This document shows positions 36,161 to 51,495 of a DNA stretch of 64,000 nt, piece by piece. A program made the position numbers and the translations under genes. The DNA is from Octopus sinensis (taxonomy: Eukaryota), in the NCBI RefSeq assembly GCF_006345805.1, contig NC_042998.1:14074001-14138000 (forward strand), written 5' to 3'. The stretch's first letter is position 1. Each line of letters begins with the position of its first letter. The notes below the pieces were generated by a model that saw nothing but the letters and a program-made list of their open reading frames with translations, made no database searches and was not told where the DNA came from.

Positions 36161-38859
36161 CTAATCGTGATTCAGTCGTTGTATGCCAGTTGTTTTTGGT
36201 GGCGGTGTGTATTTCAGTAAGGATTAGGAATGGGGTCTAACGAAGTAATCGATATTGTTTCCATACATGGCGTCATCATCAAGTTATCACGCAATTCGAA
36301 ATTTTCAAGTTTTTAGTTTTTATAACTTTAGTTCTATATATGTTATAAAGAACATTTAGACGCCTTTTTTCATTTATTTAATCGTTCTCAATCAAAATCA
36401 TTTATTAATTATAATTATTTATTAATTTTTCAAAAGATTTATAATTACTTCAACTTTATTTTATGGGCACATGTAAAGACTAATGTTTATTCAACCAAAT
36501 ATTATTTTAATGTGAAGCACGCTTTGGACAACGAATGATATTCAGAGCATAATAGAAAACCAACAACAAATCGTATTTCCAGCACATCAGAATTATATCA
36601 CAGTTTGTGTACGTAAAACAGTCCCAAAATAAATTTATTTTAAAATGCCATACATTATGACAAATTATTTTGGTTATTCAGGGATTACTTCTGCCATAGA
36701 GAGAAACGAACTTACGCAACGCTAAAATTAAACAACGTGCTTAAAATGACTCTGCACTGAATGCAAGTGACAACGAGGAAATGAAGTTAGAATCGACAAC
36801 AGTAATGTTTAGGGAAGGCAGGAGTAGACGTAAGATAAGGAATTTTGTTTCGCATTGTCTTGTGTGTTGCTCATTGTATTGTATCTTGTGATTTTTTGTT
36901 TCCTCATTCTTGAGTAGATTTTATTGTAAATGAAATCAGTTTGGTGAAAACATAGGAAGACATTTCTGTAGATTGTAGTCTTCCATCGAACATTTTTGGC
37001 CGTGTATCTGCCCATGTATGTCCGTATTTATGCATTATATTTTAAGAAAGTTGCTGGTTGCTCGTAAATGCAGGACACCTTTTTTCCAACCTACCGAGGT
37101 TTATCTAATTGAAATACCATTAGTTTGGGCTGGCACACTTTTCGCAGGCGTCTGATGAGTCGTTGCAGAAGAAGCTTAAAGAGCCAGACCCGATACTACA
37201 ACGTCTCGTTGTTCCACCAATCGTCCGCTCCGGATTGATGTAATTGAAATGAATGTAGCAAATCATTCTACTGAACATTTAATGTATGTTCCAATATGAA
37301 CTGAAATGTATTTACTTACAATTCAAAAAGCAAACGTTGTTACATATTGTATTATAGTAATTTGGCTGGAAAATCTTAATAAGCTTCTTGCGAAATACCA
37401 GCCATTTGATATTAATTTAATGCGTGTCACGCCTAGATTCACTGAACAAGGATGCGTGTATTATCAAAAATGTCAAAGCAAACAGAATCTTTTACGTCTT
37501 GTGTTATATATTCTTCTTGAGGTCCTTCATTAGCAACCATATTTTATACATTGCTATGAAAAACCATATTCCGTTTGGGACTAAGCCACAAGTGTCGATT
37601 ATATCGACACTTGTATTCACTTGGTAATTGTATTATCGAAGTATAAGTGGTAAAGTCGACCTCGGCGGAATTTGAACAGAGAACGCAGACAGACGAAATG
37701 GCGCTAAGTATTCTACCAAGAAAGCTAACTATTCTGCTTAATCACCGCCATAGCTGATCTTATAATATTTACTTGTCACATACATAATATCTGGCTAGGA
37801 TGGAGACGTAATGTGCTGCTCTGGATTGGCTAGAATTAACATCAAAATGTTAATATATACAACCATTAACATCATAACAATGAAAAAATTGTCCAAAGGA
37901 GATCTTTGATCACAAATCTTTTTAATCAGGCTGACGCAGCTAAAGAACGACAGCAACACAAAAAAAATGTCTTTCCTTTAACTGAGATGAAAAACAAAAG
38001 GAAAATAGCCGTTATCCCGACGGTCGATATATTTAAATTAACAAAATTCCTTTTCAACAGAGAAAAGAAACAGTTCTTATAGCTCTCTTTAAGACATTCC
38101 ATATACACATATATATATATATACATATAACCATGCTCGTATATATTTACTTCAATAAAATAAGAGACGGACAGACTGTTGGTAATGTATGTATGCATGT
38201 ATAACATTCTCCATTATTATCTTTATTTATGATTTTTCTTCTCTTTCTCTTTCCTTTCTTACGTTTCTTTCGATTTTTACAAAACATTTCTTCTTGGAGT
38301 TTGGGATACTAATTTAGCTTTTTGAGACAGCTTTTAGCTGAGTACAAAGTCAAAGGCCATTCTACTAATGGGAAAACATGGCCCAATATTCTAAGTGATA
38401 TTTTAACTGTTTTTTCACCACTTTCAATATCTTGGAAATATTTCAAAAGAAAAGCCGTCTCTATCCGTTAGAAAATGAAAGGCAATTGTCGATATGTTGT
38501 CAAGCTGTGTCTGCTTACTGAATTAAGGATAATACCTGTAGCAAATCTCGTTTACCATCTTGTTTGCTTCTTGCTGCATGAATTCCAATTCTCTCTCTTT
38601 CTCATTTTCTCTCTCTCTTTTCTCTCTCATTCTCTATTACTCCCATTATATATATATATATATGCGTGATTTTCTGTGTTTGTGTGTGTGTGTGTGTGTA
38701 TGCGTGTATGTCACTGTCTGTATAAATATATTTGTATAGATATTGTATATATGCATATATAAGTACATATACATTAATGTATGACTATTATATATGTATA
38801 TATATACACACACAGACAAAGAGACATACATAATGCACGCGCATATATGTATGCATATA

Positions 38860-38947
38860 TGCATCCATATATATATATATATATATATACACATACATAT
38901 ATACATATACATATATACATATACACACCTATATATATATGTATATA

Positions 38948-39029
<82 letters not shown>

Positions 39030-39103
39030 ATTATACACACATATACATATATATACATATGTACATACTGATATACGTATATATATATATATATATATAT
39101 ATA

Positions 39104-39154
<51 letters not shown>

Positions 39155-39470
39155 TATATACACACATATACATATATATACATATGTACATACTGATATA
39201 CGTATATATATATATATATATATATGCATATTTTCCCACACACACACATATATATATATATACATATGTACATACTGATATACGTATATATATATATATA
39301 TGCATATTTCCCCACACACACACATATATATAAATACATATATACATATACATAAATATTCATATAAATACATAAATATATATACATACATAGATATACA
39401 TTTAGATATATACATATACTTACTTACATATACATATATACTTACATACACACACACACATATATATGCG
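38860..39470. repeat. (TA)n-rich array with higher-order repeats
   Basis: TACATATGTACATACTGATATACGTATA occurs three times (~39052, 39179, 39261). Confidence 0.9.
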
Positions 39471-41442
39471 TATGTGTGTTTTTTTCTCGCAAAATATATG
39501 TTCAATGCAACAATATTAGTTTAGCTAACGGCGTCCCATTTTTACAAATTTATACTGTTTTTTCTTTAACTCACACGCTCACAGATTACACATACATACA
39601 AACACAATACATGAAATATTCGAACATACCTACACACAGACAAAGCAAGTATTTTTCCTAGAGTATATACATCCCCACCAATCTGTACGTGTGTGTATTA
39701 TTTTCATTTCAGCGAGCATAGACTGAAAATAGTTATACATTATTTTTTTATCGTATTTATATATTTAATCATTCACTCCCCCACCTCGCAACTTCTGTGT
39801 TGTTGTTTCTTTTTTATCAGAATTTACAGTCTATATGTTTTAGTATAGAGTACTTTTTTTTCCCTTTTTCTTCATTCTTTGTCTATGCAATTAATTATTT
39901 TCTCGCTCCATTTCTTGTCTTTGTCATAAACATTTCTCTATTATATTTGTGGTTGATGCACAAGTTGTCCCAGGTTGTTCTTGAGTAGCTGTTTTTCCCT
40001 TTTTTTTTGTATCTTCTGTTCTTTTACATATTGATTTTTGTAGACTAGTCACAAGGGATAGGAATGCTATTGTGTCACGTCCCAACTTTCTTTACTAGTG
40101 TTAGTAGCAAATGTAAAGAACAAACAGTTTCAAACTGAAAAGCTTAAACTGCATTTTTTCTAATTTCTAATTTAGGCACATTGCCAAAAATTCTTAGAAA
40201 GGTTGAAAGAAATAATAGAAAAATATAAAACAGTTGTCTTCCACTTGGTATCGAAACAAGTTTTTCTGACTCATTTCTAAGGCTTAAATGATTGAAACAG
40301 TCCAATTCCAAATAAAAAGAGTTGGTTATAAGTATATACTGACGAAAACATGAATTTATGGGAAATTAGTTCTGTCATTTTCCTCGATCAGTTTTTTAAC
40401 AATATCTTGCACTTTAAATGTATAGCAAGATAGATCTACATTCTTTACTTCGTCAATAGAAACACCAAATTTCATGACTGTTTTAGCCTAAGGCGAATCT
40501 CCCTCTTCGTATCTCCGTAAATTATGCTTAGGCTATGTGTTATTTTATATTTGTGACTGCTTTTAGTCTGGATTACATATAACACAAAAAATAACAAGGA
40601 AAACAGAGAAATAAGAAACGAAAATTTATTTTAATAATGTTATGTTTAAATCATTGCTTACGAATTCCAACAAATACTTTTGCTTCATGAGTTAGTACAC
40701 AGACGGTAGATATATAGTTGTTTTTGATATGCGAACTGGAATTTTGAAGTTGAAAGACTAGAAATACCCCTCGTTTATATATAAGCACTAATTATATGCT
40801 TGCATGTATTTATCTATGTATATATGTATATATGTATCAATGCATGTTAAAATATATACGCATACACACACACACGTATATAAATCACCATTTTTATATA
40901 TTGGAATATACGTTCTAAATTTTAGATATTTTTAAAACACAACTATATTCGAGGTTAATCGTTTTAGAAGTAGTTTGTCCTTTGTTCCAAGTAATAAATT
41001 TCCGTATGTTCCATCTAATCTATTTAGAAAATGTTTTATATTTTTGGAGATTTTCACACCAGAAATAAAACGTTAGATTTCCACCTCATCAAATGCGATT
41101 TACATTTGGCTGAAGACGTGTAAATCAAATGACATCAATACGTATCTTACGACATTCATAAAATTCCGGCGGTAAATCAAACATAATTAAATTTCACCTA
41201 GTGAAGAAGTTATAATAAAACCAGAAATATTTAGTATCCTCGTGATGAGCAAACTCCGGAAACATAAGTACTGAAATGTTATTTTTTCCAAAAATTATGT
41301 GTTTGTGTACGCGCGCGTACGTATGAGTATGTGTCTCTGTGTATATGTGTGCGCGCACGTATGTGTGTGCGTGTGTATACTTGTGTGTGTGTATACTTTG
41401 TATATGTATAATTAAAAAATAAGTAGATGTTCCTACTAGAGC

Positions 41443-41898
41443 TATGCCAGGCTCATAAAGGCCGGTTTCCCGGTTTCAGTGACGTAGAAATTCCCCATCT
41501 GGACGGGACGCCAGTCCGTCGCAGTGTTACTCATTTTTACCAGCTGAGTGTACTGGAGCAACGTGGAAGAAATGTTTTGCTCAAGAACACAACGCGTCGC
41601 CCGGTCCAAGAATCGAAACCACAAGCTTACGATCATGGTGCTTACACCCTAACCCCTAAGCCACGCGCATCCACTAGCCAGGCTCATGGGCCCGGTTTCC
41701 TGGTTTCAATGGCGTATGTGTTCCCCATCTGGACGGGACGCCAGTCCATCGCAGCGTTACTCATTTTTGCCAGCTGAGTGGACTGGAACAACGTGAAATG
41801 AAGTGTTTTGCCCAAGAACACAACGCGTCGCTCGGTCCAGGAATCGAAACCACAACCTTACGATCATGAGTTCAACACACTAAGCCACGCGCCTCCAC
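41443..41898 (-). mobile_element. Two head-to-tail family D SINEs
   Basis: Units ~41443-41673 and 41674-41898, homologous to 7770-8030. Confidence 0.9.
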
Positions 41899-42786
41899 AC
41901 ATATATAATTATGTATCCATATATATATAAGAATCAATTGAGATTTAGTTGAATTAGATACTTAAGTTGAATCACCAAGTCAATTACAATCATTACAGCA
42001 CCATGACCGAATAGGCTTCATGCGATTCGTGGGAGTGTAGTCTATTCTTAGCTGCAATAGCGACATGAATTTCTTCCATCTTCTTGCTCTGTTACATATT
42101 TGTGCACAGTTATATTAATGTGCCTGACTAGTTAAGATTCTATTTATTTATTTGTGCAGCTGAAGATGACATTGCATTTAAATTGATGTAATGATTGCAT
42201 TGTTCAGTTAAACGGTGCCGCTTGCAACGGTTGTACTGCATCACTACTTGATAGCCTGTTGCTTATTTTGAATATACATACACACAGACTTTATTAATAA
42301 AGCTGCAAAAATATCACAAAAACTGTTACTCAGAGTTTCACGTTTCCGTTCGTAGGACAGTTTTGGTTGAAAATGGAACAAGAAAGTAGGTTATATGTAT
42401 AAATATACACATACAATTACATTGATAAATACACATTTGAATTTTGTTTTGTTTCATTGGTGCTTTCAAATAACGTTCTTTTCAATAACCGGATATATTC
42501 AATTAAAATTAAAATTACGATTTAAAATAATATTTTTTAAATCGAAGATGACCTTAAATCAAAAATTAGCTTTAGTAGAAGGAAAAAACTTGTATACCAA
42601 GGGTAAATTAATTAATGGTAAAATGAATTTAAATTTACGCCCGTTTATAATAAAAATATTCACTTACAAGAACTAAGATCATAAAAATACATTTGCTTAT
42701 ATATACACATACCAAAAGAGAACTATACATACACTAAACATACAAGCGTTGGTAAACACCTACATACATAGACAAACAAATAGAAG

Positions 42787-42837
<51 letters not shown>

Positions 42838-43344
42838 TATCGATGTAGATAAAATAAACATATAATGGGTTATCCTGCGTATTCCTAAGTCTACAACTTA
42901 CATGTTACAAGCAAGAAAAAGCAACAGTAGAAGAAAAAGAAAATTAGAAAATAATACGTGATGGGAGAAAGAGAAGGAAAGAAAAATAGAAAGAGAAAGA
43001 GAAAAAATCTAACATAATATTTAAGGTCTTCTTCGATTCTAAATATGATTTTAAATCGTAATTTTCATTTCATATACTCAGTTATTAGAAAGGCCGTTAG
43101 TTGAAAGGAGCAATGAAAGAAAACGAATTTCATATATCTATCTATCAATGTAATTGTGTATGAATTATTATACGCATAAACTTATATTTTGTTCCAGTCT
43201 CAACCGAAATTGTCCGACGAAAGGTAACGTGAAACATGCTTAGTGTCTCTCGGTCTGCATTCTTGTTTCTCTGTAGGATTCTATTTACATGAATACACAC
43301 AGAGCAATAAACATATATATATAGAAAAATAGGAAGACAGACAT

Positions 43345-43376
43345 ACATAGATAGATAGATAGATAGAGAGATAGAC

Positions 43377-43443
<67 letters not shown>

Positions 43444-43470
43444 CAGACGGATAGACAGACAGGTAGATAG
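43345..43470. repeat. (GATA)n microsatellite
   Basis: Seen directly. Confidence 0.97.
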
Positions 43471-44544
43471 ATACACATATCCGCATACATACATAGCTGA
43501 GTGTATAGGTACTTACACTCACATATCACTCACACATACACATATACTTTCTTGTCACTCTATCACTCAGATATACGCATGCAAAATCCTTTCTGAAAAC
43601 CAGTTTCCTTTTGTCATGTTCACCTTAATTAACTATCTTATTTAATACCAAATTCCATTGTACACTTATCTCTTCTTCGCTCCTACACTACATAAATTTT
43701 CTCTTCTATTCTGTGTCACACTTTCCGTCTTTCTTTAGATTCAGTATTCGACTTATTTTCACCCTATCTCTTCCTTCTGTCAGTTACTCTCGTTCGCTTT
43801 TGTCTCCTCTCATTTCCTTGGCGTTTTATTTATTCTACCCAACTCCTCCCTTCTCTCACTCTTAATCCTCTTTCTCATTGATATATTCTAATGTACTGTT
43901 CATTATATTCAATGTTGAAGAATAAATGAATCGGCAAATGCATTCAGTACACGCTGATACGGACTTTGCCTTTCAGCTATCTTAGTGGCGTTGAAACAAG
44001 TCAGCATCACGTAGTTCAGATCAGATCGATATTGTTCGAATATATCCCTCTCTGATCCCAAAATATACGACCCTATGCCTATAGCTGAATCTCTGCAACG
44101 TCATACAGAATAAGTTGCCATATTTTGCTTGTTGCTTTTATATTTGGAGTTGAAATACCGCCGATTTCAAATTTTTATTTTGTCCATGATGTGTCAAGAA
44201 AAACATAACCACAAGCCATACTAATGTTAGAAATGAATATTTAAAGTAAACATTGTTACATTAGTAGAATCGACAGATTAATATATCAAAAGTCCTACAA
44301 TATTTATTTGTGTTCCTCAAAATTCTAAATAGAAATCGCACGAAGAAAATTCTATTTCCATCGTTTTGGAGTCATTAAAAATGCAAAAACTATTGTTGCT
44401 GCATTCTTTAGCTCCAGCTAAATATTCATCGAACAGATATATGATAAAAGACATTCCAATCGTAACCATCCAATATATATAAATTTTTTTTGTGTGTGTG
44501 TATATATATATTTTGTGTGTGTGTGTATATATATATGTGTATAT

Positions 44545-44609
<65 letters not shown>

Positions 44610-45579
44610 ATATATGTATATATTTAATGTAGGACAAAATTATCTATGAAAAAAATTTTATCAATGGCCAGCATATTAAAAAATACCTTTAAAGGTTAAA
44701 TTTATATGTATATATATATATATATGTATGTATGTTTTTTAATGTCTTTTTTAACGACATTAAGAACGTCATTCGATGGCTGTTTGGTTGTCATCTTTAG
44801 TAAGTTAAGCGATCTATTGAAGACCACTTATTTGCTGGAAGAAGCATAGGGTTCCAATCATGCTTAGGGTTCCAATCTTGCTACTGTTTGTGAAAATGTT
44901 TATGTTGGTATGGTACACCCGGTAAATGGCTGATACATGTATTCCTATATTTTAAGAAGTAATTTAAGCTCAAACAAATAAGAAGAATGTACGAGAGAAA
45001 ACTGATCGATTTTCAAAGATATCACAAAACATCTGGCTTGTCACTTAAACGAGTAACTGTAACCTACAAATAATTTCGGGTGATAAGGATTGACAATCAC
45101 TGGAATACCGGTTAAAAAAAAAATTGCGTTGTTTTCTTACTAAATCCACACTTTAATATGCAGTTATCCCAAGATCAACATGGATTTTTCTTCCTTCGTA
45201 ATTATTAAATTAAGCACCACCTGCTACGTAATGGCATGCATGTAATCAATTGTCGTTCTTCTTCAAAATGCATGTTCCTGTTCGTCTACAAGAAATCCCT
45301 ATCACAAGGAGTAAAACTTATAATTACACTATAAGTAACAAAAGCTTCAACGAAACACGGCTGAATCTACATTTGCGGATTTTTTGTTTATATTTTTTAC
45401 TTTCTAATGTCACAGAACGTTCGGCTTCACTTCGCCTTTCAACCCTTAAGGTTTAATTAATAAGAAGGAGCAAGTAAGTAGATTGCTGTAACTGATTTTA
45501 TTATTAGAAATCAATACTGTACCCCTTATTGCTGACTGATATATCAAGTCCCTGTCACACTGTACTCTTTCTATAAACA

Positions 45580-45591
45580 TATGCATATATA

Positions 45592-45640
<49 letters not shown>

Positions 45641-45855
45641 ACGTATATATGTATATATATATATGGACGTATATATGTATATATATATATGGACGTATAT
45701 GTATATATATATATATATATGTATATGTATATATATATGTATATGTATATATGTATATATATATATGTATATATGTATATATGTATATATGTATATATGT
45801 ATATGTATATATGTATATGTATATATGTATATATGTATATGTATATATGTATATG

Positions 45856-45888
<33 letters not shown>

Positions 45889-46060
45889 GTATATAGATAT
45901 ATATGTATATATATATGTGTATATATATGTATGTATATATATATATATTTTGTATATATATGTATGTATATATATGTATATATATATATGTATGTATATA
46001 TATATATGTATATATACTTATATGTGTGTATATGTATGTATGTGTGTGCATGTGTGTGTG
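45580..46060. repeat. (TA)n/(TATG)n array
   Basis: Seen directly; contains a ~24-bp ATGGACGTATATATGT unit three times near 45637-45700. Confidence 0.95.
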
Positions 46061-46413
46061 TGTGACAATGAGCGCATATGAATCCCTCTGTGTGTGTATG
46101 TAGATAACACACTGTATACCATATATATATTTGTCTTCCACATCCTGCGCTACACTTTCGCTGTAGCTCCTTCATTAATTTTTCTTCTCTTTCTATTAAT
46201 ATTTAATTTGACTTTTTTTTTTGTTTTTGTAGCCTAAATATATTCTAACTCTATTTTCTACCTTGTGTTCCTCTATTTCTTTATCACCCAATTTTTTGTG
46301 TTTATCACACGAGAATTTTCCTACATATTTGATATTATCATTTTGCACCATCTCTTTTTTCTCTCTTTTCCCTCAATCTCTCTCTCTCTCCACACACATA
46401 TATATATAGACTC

Positions 46414-46453
<40 letters not shown>

Positions 46454-46566
46454 ACACACAGTCATATATATATATATATATATTATGTGCGTAGGTGTAC
46501 GTGTTGGTTTGTAAGTATATGTGCGTATTTGCGGCGGTTGTATATCTCTGTATCTTTGATATATAT

Positions 46567-46629
<63 letters not shown>

Positions 46630-47200
46630 TGTGTGAGAGTGTGTGTGTTTTTGTATGTGTGTGTGTGTGAGTGTGTGTGTGGATGGGTATGTTTGTGTGT
46701 GTGTGTATTCATATATGTATATATATGTGTGGGTGTATGTGTGTATCGTTCGCCTTCTCTCAGTGTGTTCTTTTAATTGACATAAAATCATCTAACAAGG
46801 TACCACTCATTGTTTCATCCTCCTTCGTTGTTTTTTTTCTTCTATTTCTATCAATAATCTATCTTTGTACATTATATCGATCTTGTTATCTATCAAAATC
46901 TAACTTTCAATCTTTTTCTCTCTCTCTTCGTCTAACAGTCTTACAAGATGTTGCTATCTATCTTTGTAAATATCGATCGATAAAGCATGCATGCATATAT
47001 ACACACATATACACACATACACACACAGATAAATTCATACATACATACTTAAGATATACACAAACGCACACCCATACATACACACATGCATACGTACATA
47101 CGTAAGACACATACATGAGTGCACACACATAAATTCATAAAAATGTGTGTATGCGTGTCAGTGTGCTGTCTATATCAGAAGAACCGGCATACTGTCTTCC

Positions 47201-47262
<62 letters not shown>

Positions 47263-48775
47263 AGAATGAGAGTAGGAGAGACTATGTGAAATGCAGAAAA
47301 TGAAAGAGATTGATATATAGATAGATAAATAGATCTTTCTATCAAAATATTATATGATTTTCAATTATTAATCTGACCAAATCTATATATCTATTTATCA
47401 ATAAATCTATCGAGCTAGCAAGCTAGTTGGCTAGCTATCTCACTCACCATATATCCATCCATCCATCTTACGCCTTTTTGTCTGTATTTTCTGTAACAAT
47501 CACCTGCTTCTATTTTTATCATCGATTGCATTATCTATCGATCGATCCGTGCATATATCGAATATTCACAATCCTTGAGTTTCCAGTGTAACAATCCATC
47601 CATCCATTCATCCATCCGTCTATTTTTCTCCTCTTACTATCCGCTGAATCGTTCTAAACGAACAGCTCTTTCTAACCTATCTCGGTCCTTCTCTCATTCT
47701 GATTTCGAATGTCGCGATATACAAAGGCTTATGAGAGTGTGTCTGCGAGTACGTGTATCCGTCTGCTTTGTCTGTGTGGGTGTAGAAGCACACATCTATA
47801 GAATAAACTAGAGAAATATATAGAGATAGAAAGACAAAGCGGTACGCTCACAGACACAAACACACACACATAAACACACACATATTTGTCCATATAGGAG
47901 AGAGTGAGTAGAGTAACCAAGTATATTTCTATATGTAATTATATATATGTTATGTAGAGAAAATAATTCTGATAAACATTCTTACATAGTTAATTCATAT
48001 AATCATAACTGAAACTGTTATGCACATATACCTATACATATAAATATATACTAAGTGTGTTAGCCTCTAGTGATTGTTGTCGTATATCATGTTATCGTCC
48101 TGAATCTACAACTTAGACTTAAGTATAAGCGTACAGACTTTAAGGTTTCTTCAATATTTAACACAGACTCAGACTTCATATTCGTTTCTACGTAGATATT
48201 AGTATATATAAAAAATTTAGGTCTACTACATTTTCTTTAACAGCAAGACAACTATTACTATAGAGAAATAGTAATTTTCGGTCGATCTGCTCCAACATTA
48301 GGAATACGTATATAATAATTATTGAAGACTTTATATATGTTATCGTCGCACTCAACATCTGTCTCGAGAATCTATATTTCAGAAAACCGCAAATGACAAC
48401 GGTGAATTAGAACATTTCAACTAGAGTTTCGTTTTGAAAATATTCAAAACGCTCCAGAATTTATGGACGTAATAACAGCATATATTCACATGGATTCTCA
48501 ATCAAACATATTTAGAGTTGAGAATCAATTTTAAAAATTCTGTTTCTCAGAGTCTATACATTTCTGTTGTAGACTAAGGCCGAAGATGGTTATCCATCTT
48601 TGTGGGTTATCTGAAACTCGGCGTACCATTTAATGACAACAGTTTACTATTTAGCCTGATCTTGGTAATATTTAATTAAACTATATTCGATTTTTGATAT
48701 ATTGAGGTTTCATTTTTTCTGTATACTTCAATACAGCAGCATGAGAAATCCACCACGCTGTAAATAGCAGCCAAA

Positions 48776-48921
48776 ACTTGACTCTAAAACCACATTAAAT
48801 TTTCATACAGCACCAGGAGAGAAGACAAAGAGACAAAATAAACTAGCAAAATTTTTTGCTAGTTCATTGTGTTTTCTTTCCTGGTGCTGATTGAACGTTT
48901 AATGTGGTTTTAGAGTCAAGT
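48776..48921. repeat. Imperfect foldback (inverted repeat) element
   Basis: Three perfect stem blocks: 24 bp (48776-48799 with 48898-48921), 11 bp (48808-48818 with 48879-48889) and 11 bp (48841-48851 with 48854-48864). Confidence 0.92.
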
Positions 48922-49234
48922 CGTGGTATCTCTTAGATACCCTAAATTATAAGTTTTATAATAATTATTACCTTTGAATGTTTTTATTCCCATGCTGGTC
49001 ACCTGATAAGATTGGTATTTAAATATTGATCTTATCCTTATTTATAGATGTATGTATACGAGTTTATGGCTCAAAGCATGCAACTACACATGCAAAATTA
49101 TACTTGCTTCTCTACATGCATGTTTCAACATTTATACATATAAGCTGTTGCTAATGTTGGTACTGATGTCCCTGCTACTCTGGTCACCGTTCGGAGAGCT
49201 GACGGTGTTGCTGCTGCTGCTGGAGGGCCAGCCA

Positions 49235-49965
49235 GTACTTCAGTTTCATAAATGACTCCTTTGGTTTCACATTGACCCCCTCCCCCCTCACTTTCATCTG
49301 TTGCAGTCCGTGCCTGAACATCCTGTCTCCGCTCGTGGTGTAGAGGTGAGGTTCGAACTAGAATGTTCTTAATATTGGGGGCACAGCTAAAGGAAACCCT
49401 GAGGCTGTGCTTGTTGAAAATGCGTCTGTATCTATGTCAAATGGGGAAATGTTTATCTATTAACTTAAGGAAGATTCTACATAGAGACATTTTTACGTTA
49501 AAAGAGAAGTGGGAGTAAACGAAATGATATTTCTGTTGCGCTTCCTCCTACGGATGTTGGGGCCTAGCATGTAGGAAATGCGGTACCGAAATACGCTAGC
49601 AGCTAAGGCCTCGTTACAGTAGGGGACTATTGCATCAAAAATCTCTTGGTTGCAGGAAAGCTTCACCAGGTTTTTGAACACGATGGGTGGGTGACAGGAG
49701 GCTCTATTAATGTACATTTTAGGAAATTCCTGCTAGCCAACTGGAACCTACAGGATAGCAGGGCCACCGGCGATCGATAGCTAAAATGATACCAACACCT
49801 CTTGTTGATATCGGCGATCGATATCCAAAGTTGACATTGAGTCACGATGGCATTTCCTATTGCAAATTCTAGAGAGGTCTCTCACTAGGGAGGTCTTTAG
49901 CCAACCGGGTTTGAGATCTGATGATACGCCATAAAGCCAAACACTTAAGTTAATCCCATAAACCG
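49235..49965 (-). mobile_element. Penelope-like element fragment (RT C-terminus into GIY-YIG N-terminal region), decayed
   Basis: Minus translations YINRASCHPPIVFKNL...RKRNRNIISF...IFLKLIDKHFP..RIFNKHSLRVSFSCAPNIKNI and GQCETKGVIYETEV, typical of the Penelope RT-EN linker. Confidence 0.85.
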
Positions 49966-50069
49966 GCCTTATATAATTTTAATATATTCAGCTCTATAAC
50001 TTAGAGTGTGCTTCTGTTTTGGATTTGTGTACTGACGAGATATACATACATACATACATACACATACAT

Positions 50070-50175
<106 letters not shown>

Positions 50176-50562
50176 ACACAATATATGTGCGTGTGTGTGT
50201 ATATTTGTATCTGCATTTATCTCATATACCATCGCTTGATAACCAATATTGGTGTGTTTATGCCTTAGCGTAACTTAGCGCTTCGGCAAAAGATTTGATA
50301 GAATAAGTACAAGGCTTAGAAGGACTAAATCCTCTGCTCGATTTTTCGACCAAAATGTGCAAAGGAATATTCACCACTTCCTAGTTTATGCACCCTAACT
50401 TCAATGAAAAAGCCGAATCTCTTGTTTAAAAGAAAAAATATGTCTTCATTGATGATGAAAAAGAAAACCAGAAGAACCTTGCATATATATACACCTCGCA
50501 TTGCAGCTGAACTATATTCTTAGAGGAATAAAGGCTTTACATTTTCAATATATAGGTATATT

Positions 50563-50778
50563 AAGGCGGCGAGCTGGCAGAAACGTTAGCACGTCGGGCG
50601 AAATACCTAGCATTTCGTCTGTCTTTATGCTCTGAGTTCAAATTCCACGCAAGTAGATCTTGCCTTTCCTTCATTCGGGATCGATAAATTAAGTACCATT
50701 TGCGTAATGCGGTCGATCTAGTCTGCTGGTCTCCTACACAAAAATGTCAGACCTTGCGCCTAGAGTAGAAAAAATATG
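50563..50778 (+). mobile_element. SINE family B (alternative tail) with 11-bp TSD
   Basis: TAGGTATATTA at 50553-50563 and 50779-50789. Confidence 0.88.
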
Positions 50779-51057
50779 TAGGTATATTACACGCCAGATG
50801 AATAACGGAGCGTTCATGAAATATAACATGGTGGGTTTTTGTGAATGAATAAAGTATATATGTATATGAGTGTCATCAAATGTTTGGTCATACGTCTGTA
50901 GCTTTCTGCCAAGTGTGTTATGCATGAGTAAGCTGCTATAAGTACACATTTTCAAAAACAAACACACATATACATATTTACGTACATACATCTCTCACCC
51001 TCTCTCTAGTTCTCTCTCCCTCTCTCTCCCCAAATCTCTCTCTCTCTATATATATAT

Positions 51058-51281
51058 ACTCTTTTACTTGTTTCAGTCATTTGACTGTGGACATGCTAGA
51101 GCACAGCCTTTAGTCGAGGAAATCTGCCCCAGGACTTATTCTTTTTAAGCCTAGTACGTACTTATTCTATCGGTCTCTTTTGCCGAACCGCTAAGTGACG
51201 GGGACGTAAACACACCATCATAGGTTGTCAAGTGATGTTGGGGGGAGGGACAAGCACAGACACACAAACATATGCACACAC

Positions 51282-51333
<52 letters not shown>

Positions 51334-51495
51334 GACGGGCTTCTTTCAGTTTCCGTCTACCAAATCCACTCACAAGGCATTGGTTGGCCCGAGGCTATAG
51401 TAGAAGACACTTGCCCAAGGTGCCACGCAGTGGGACTGAACCCGGAACCATGAAGTTCGTAAGCAAGCTATTTACCACACAGCCACTCCTACGCC
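51058..51495 (-). mobile_element. SINE family A, full length
   Basis: Complete match with the internal microsatellite. Confidence 0.92.

Noticed and set aside
37150-37210. CTGATGA as a hammerhead core
   Set aside because: No stem II followed by GAAA at a workable distance.
41195-41275. GTGAAGA..GAAA and GTGATGA..GGAAA hammerhead-like words
   Set aside because: Core C3 is missing and stems pair poorly; cannot be distinguished from background.
32545-48921. Both large inverted repeats measure 146 bp, close to nucleosome length
   Set aside because: Unrelated sequences with different architecture; two cases are best treated as coincidence.
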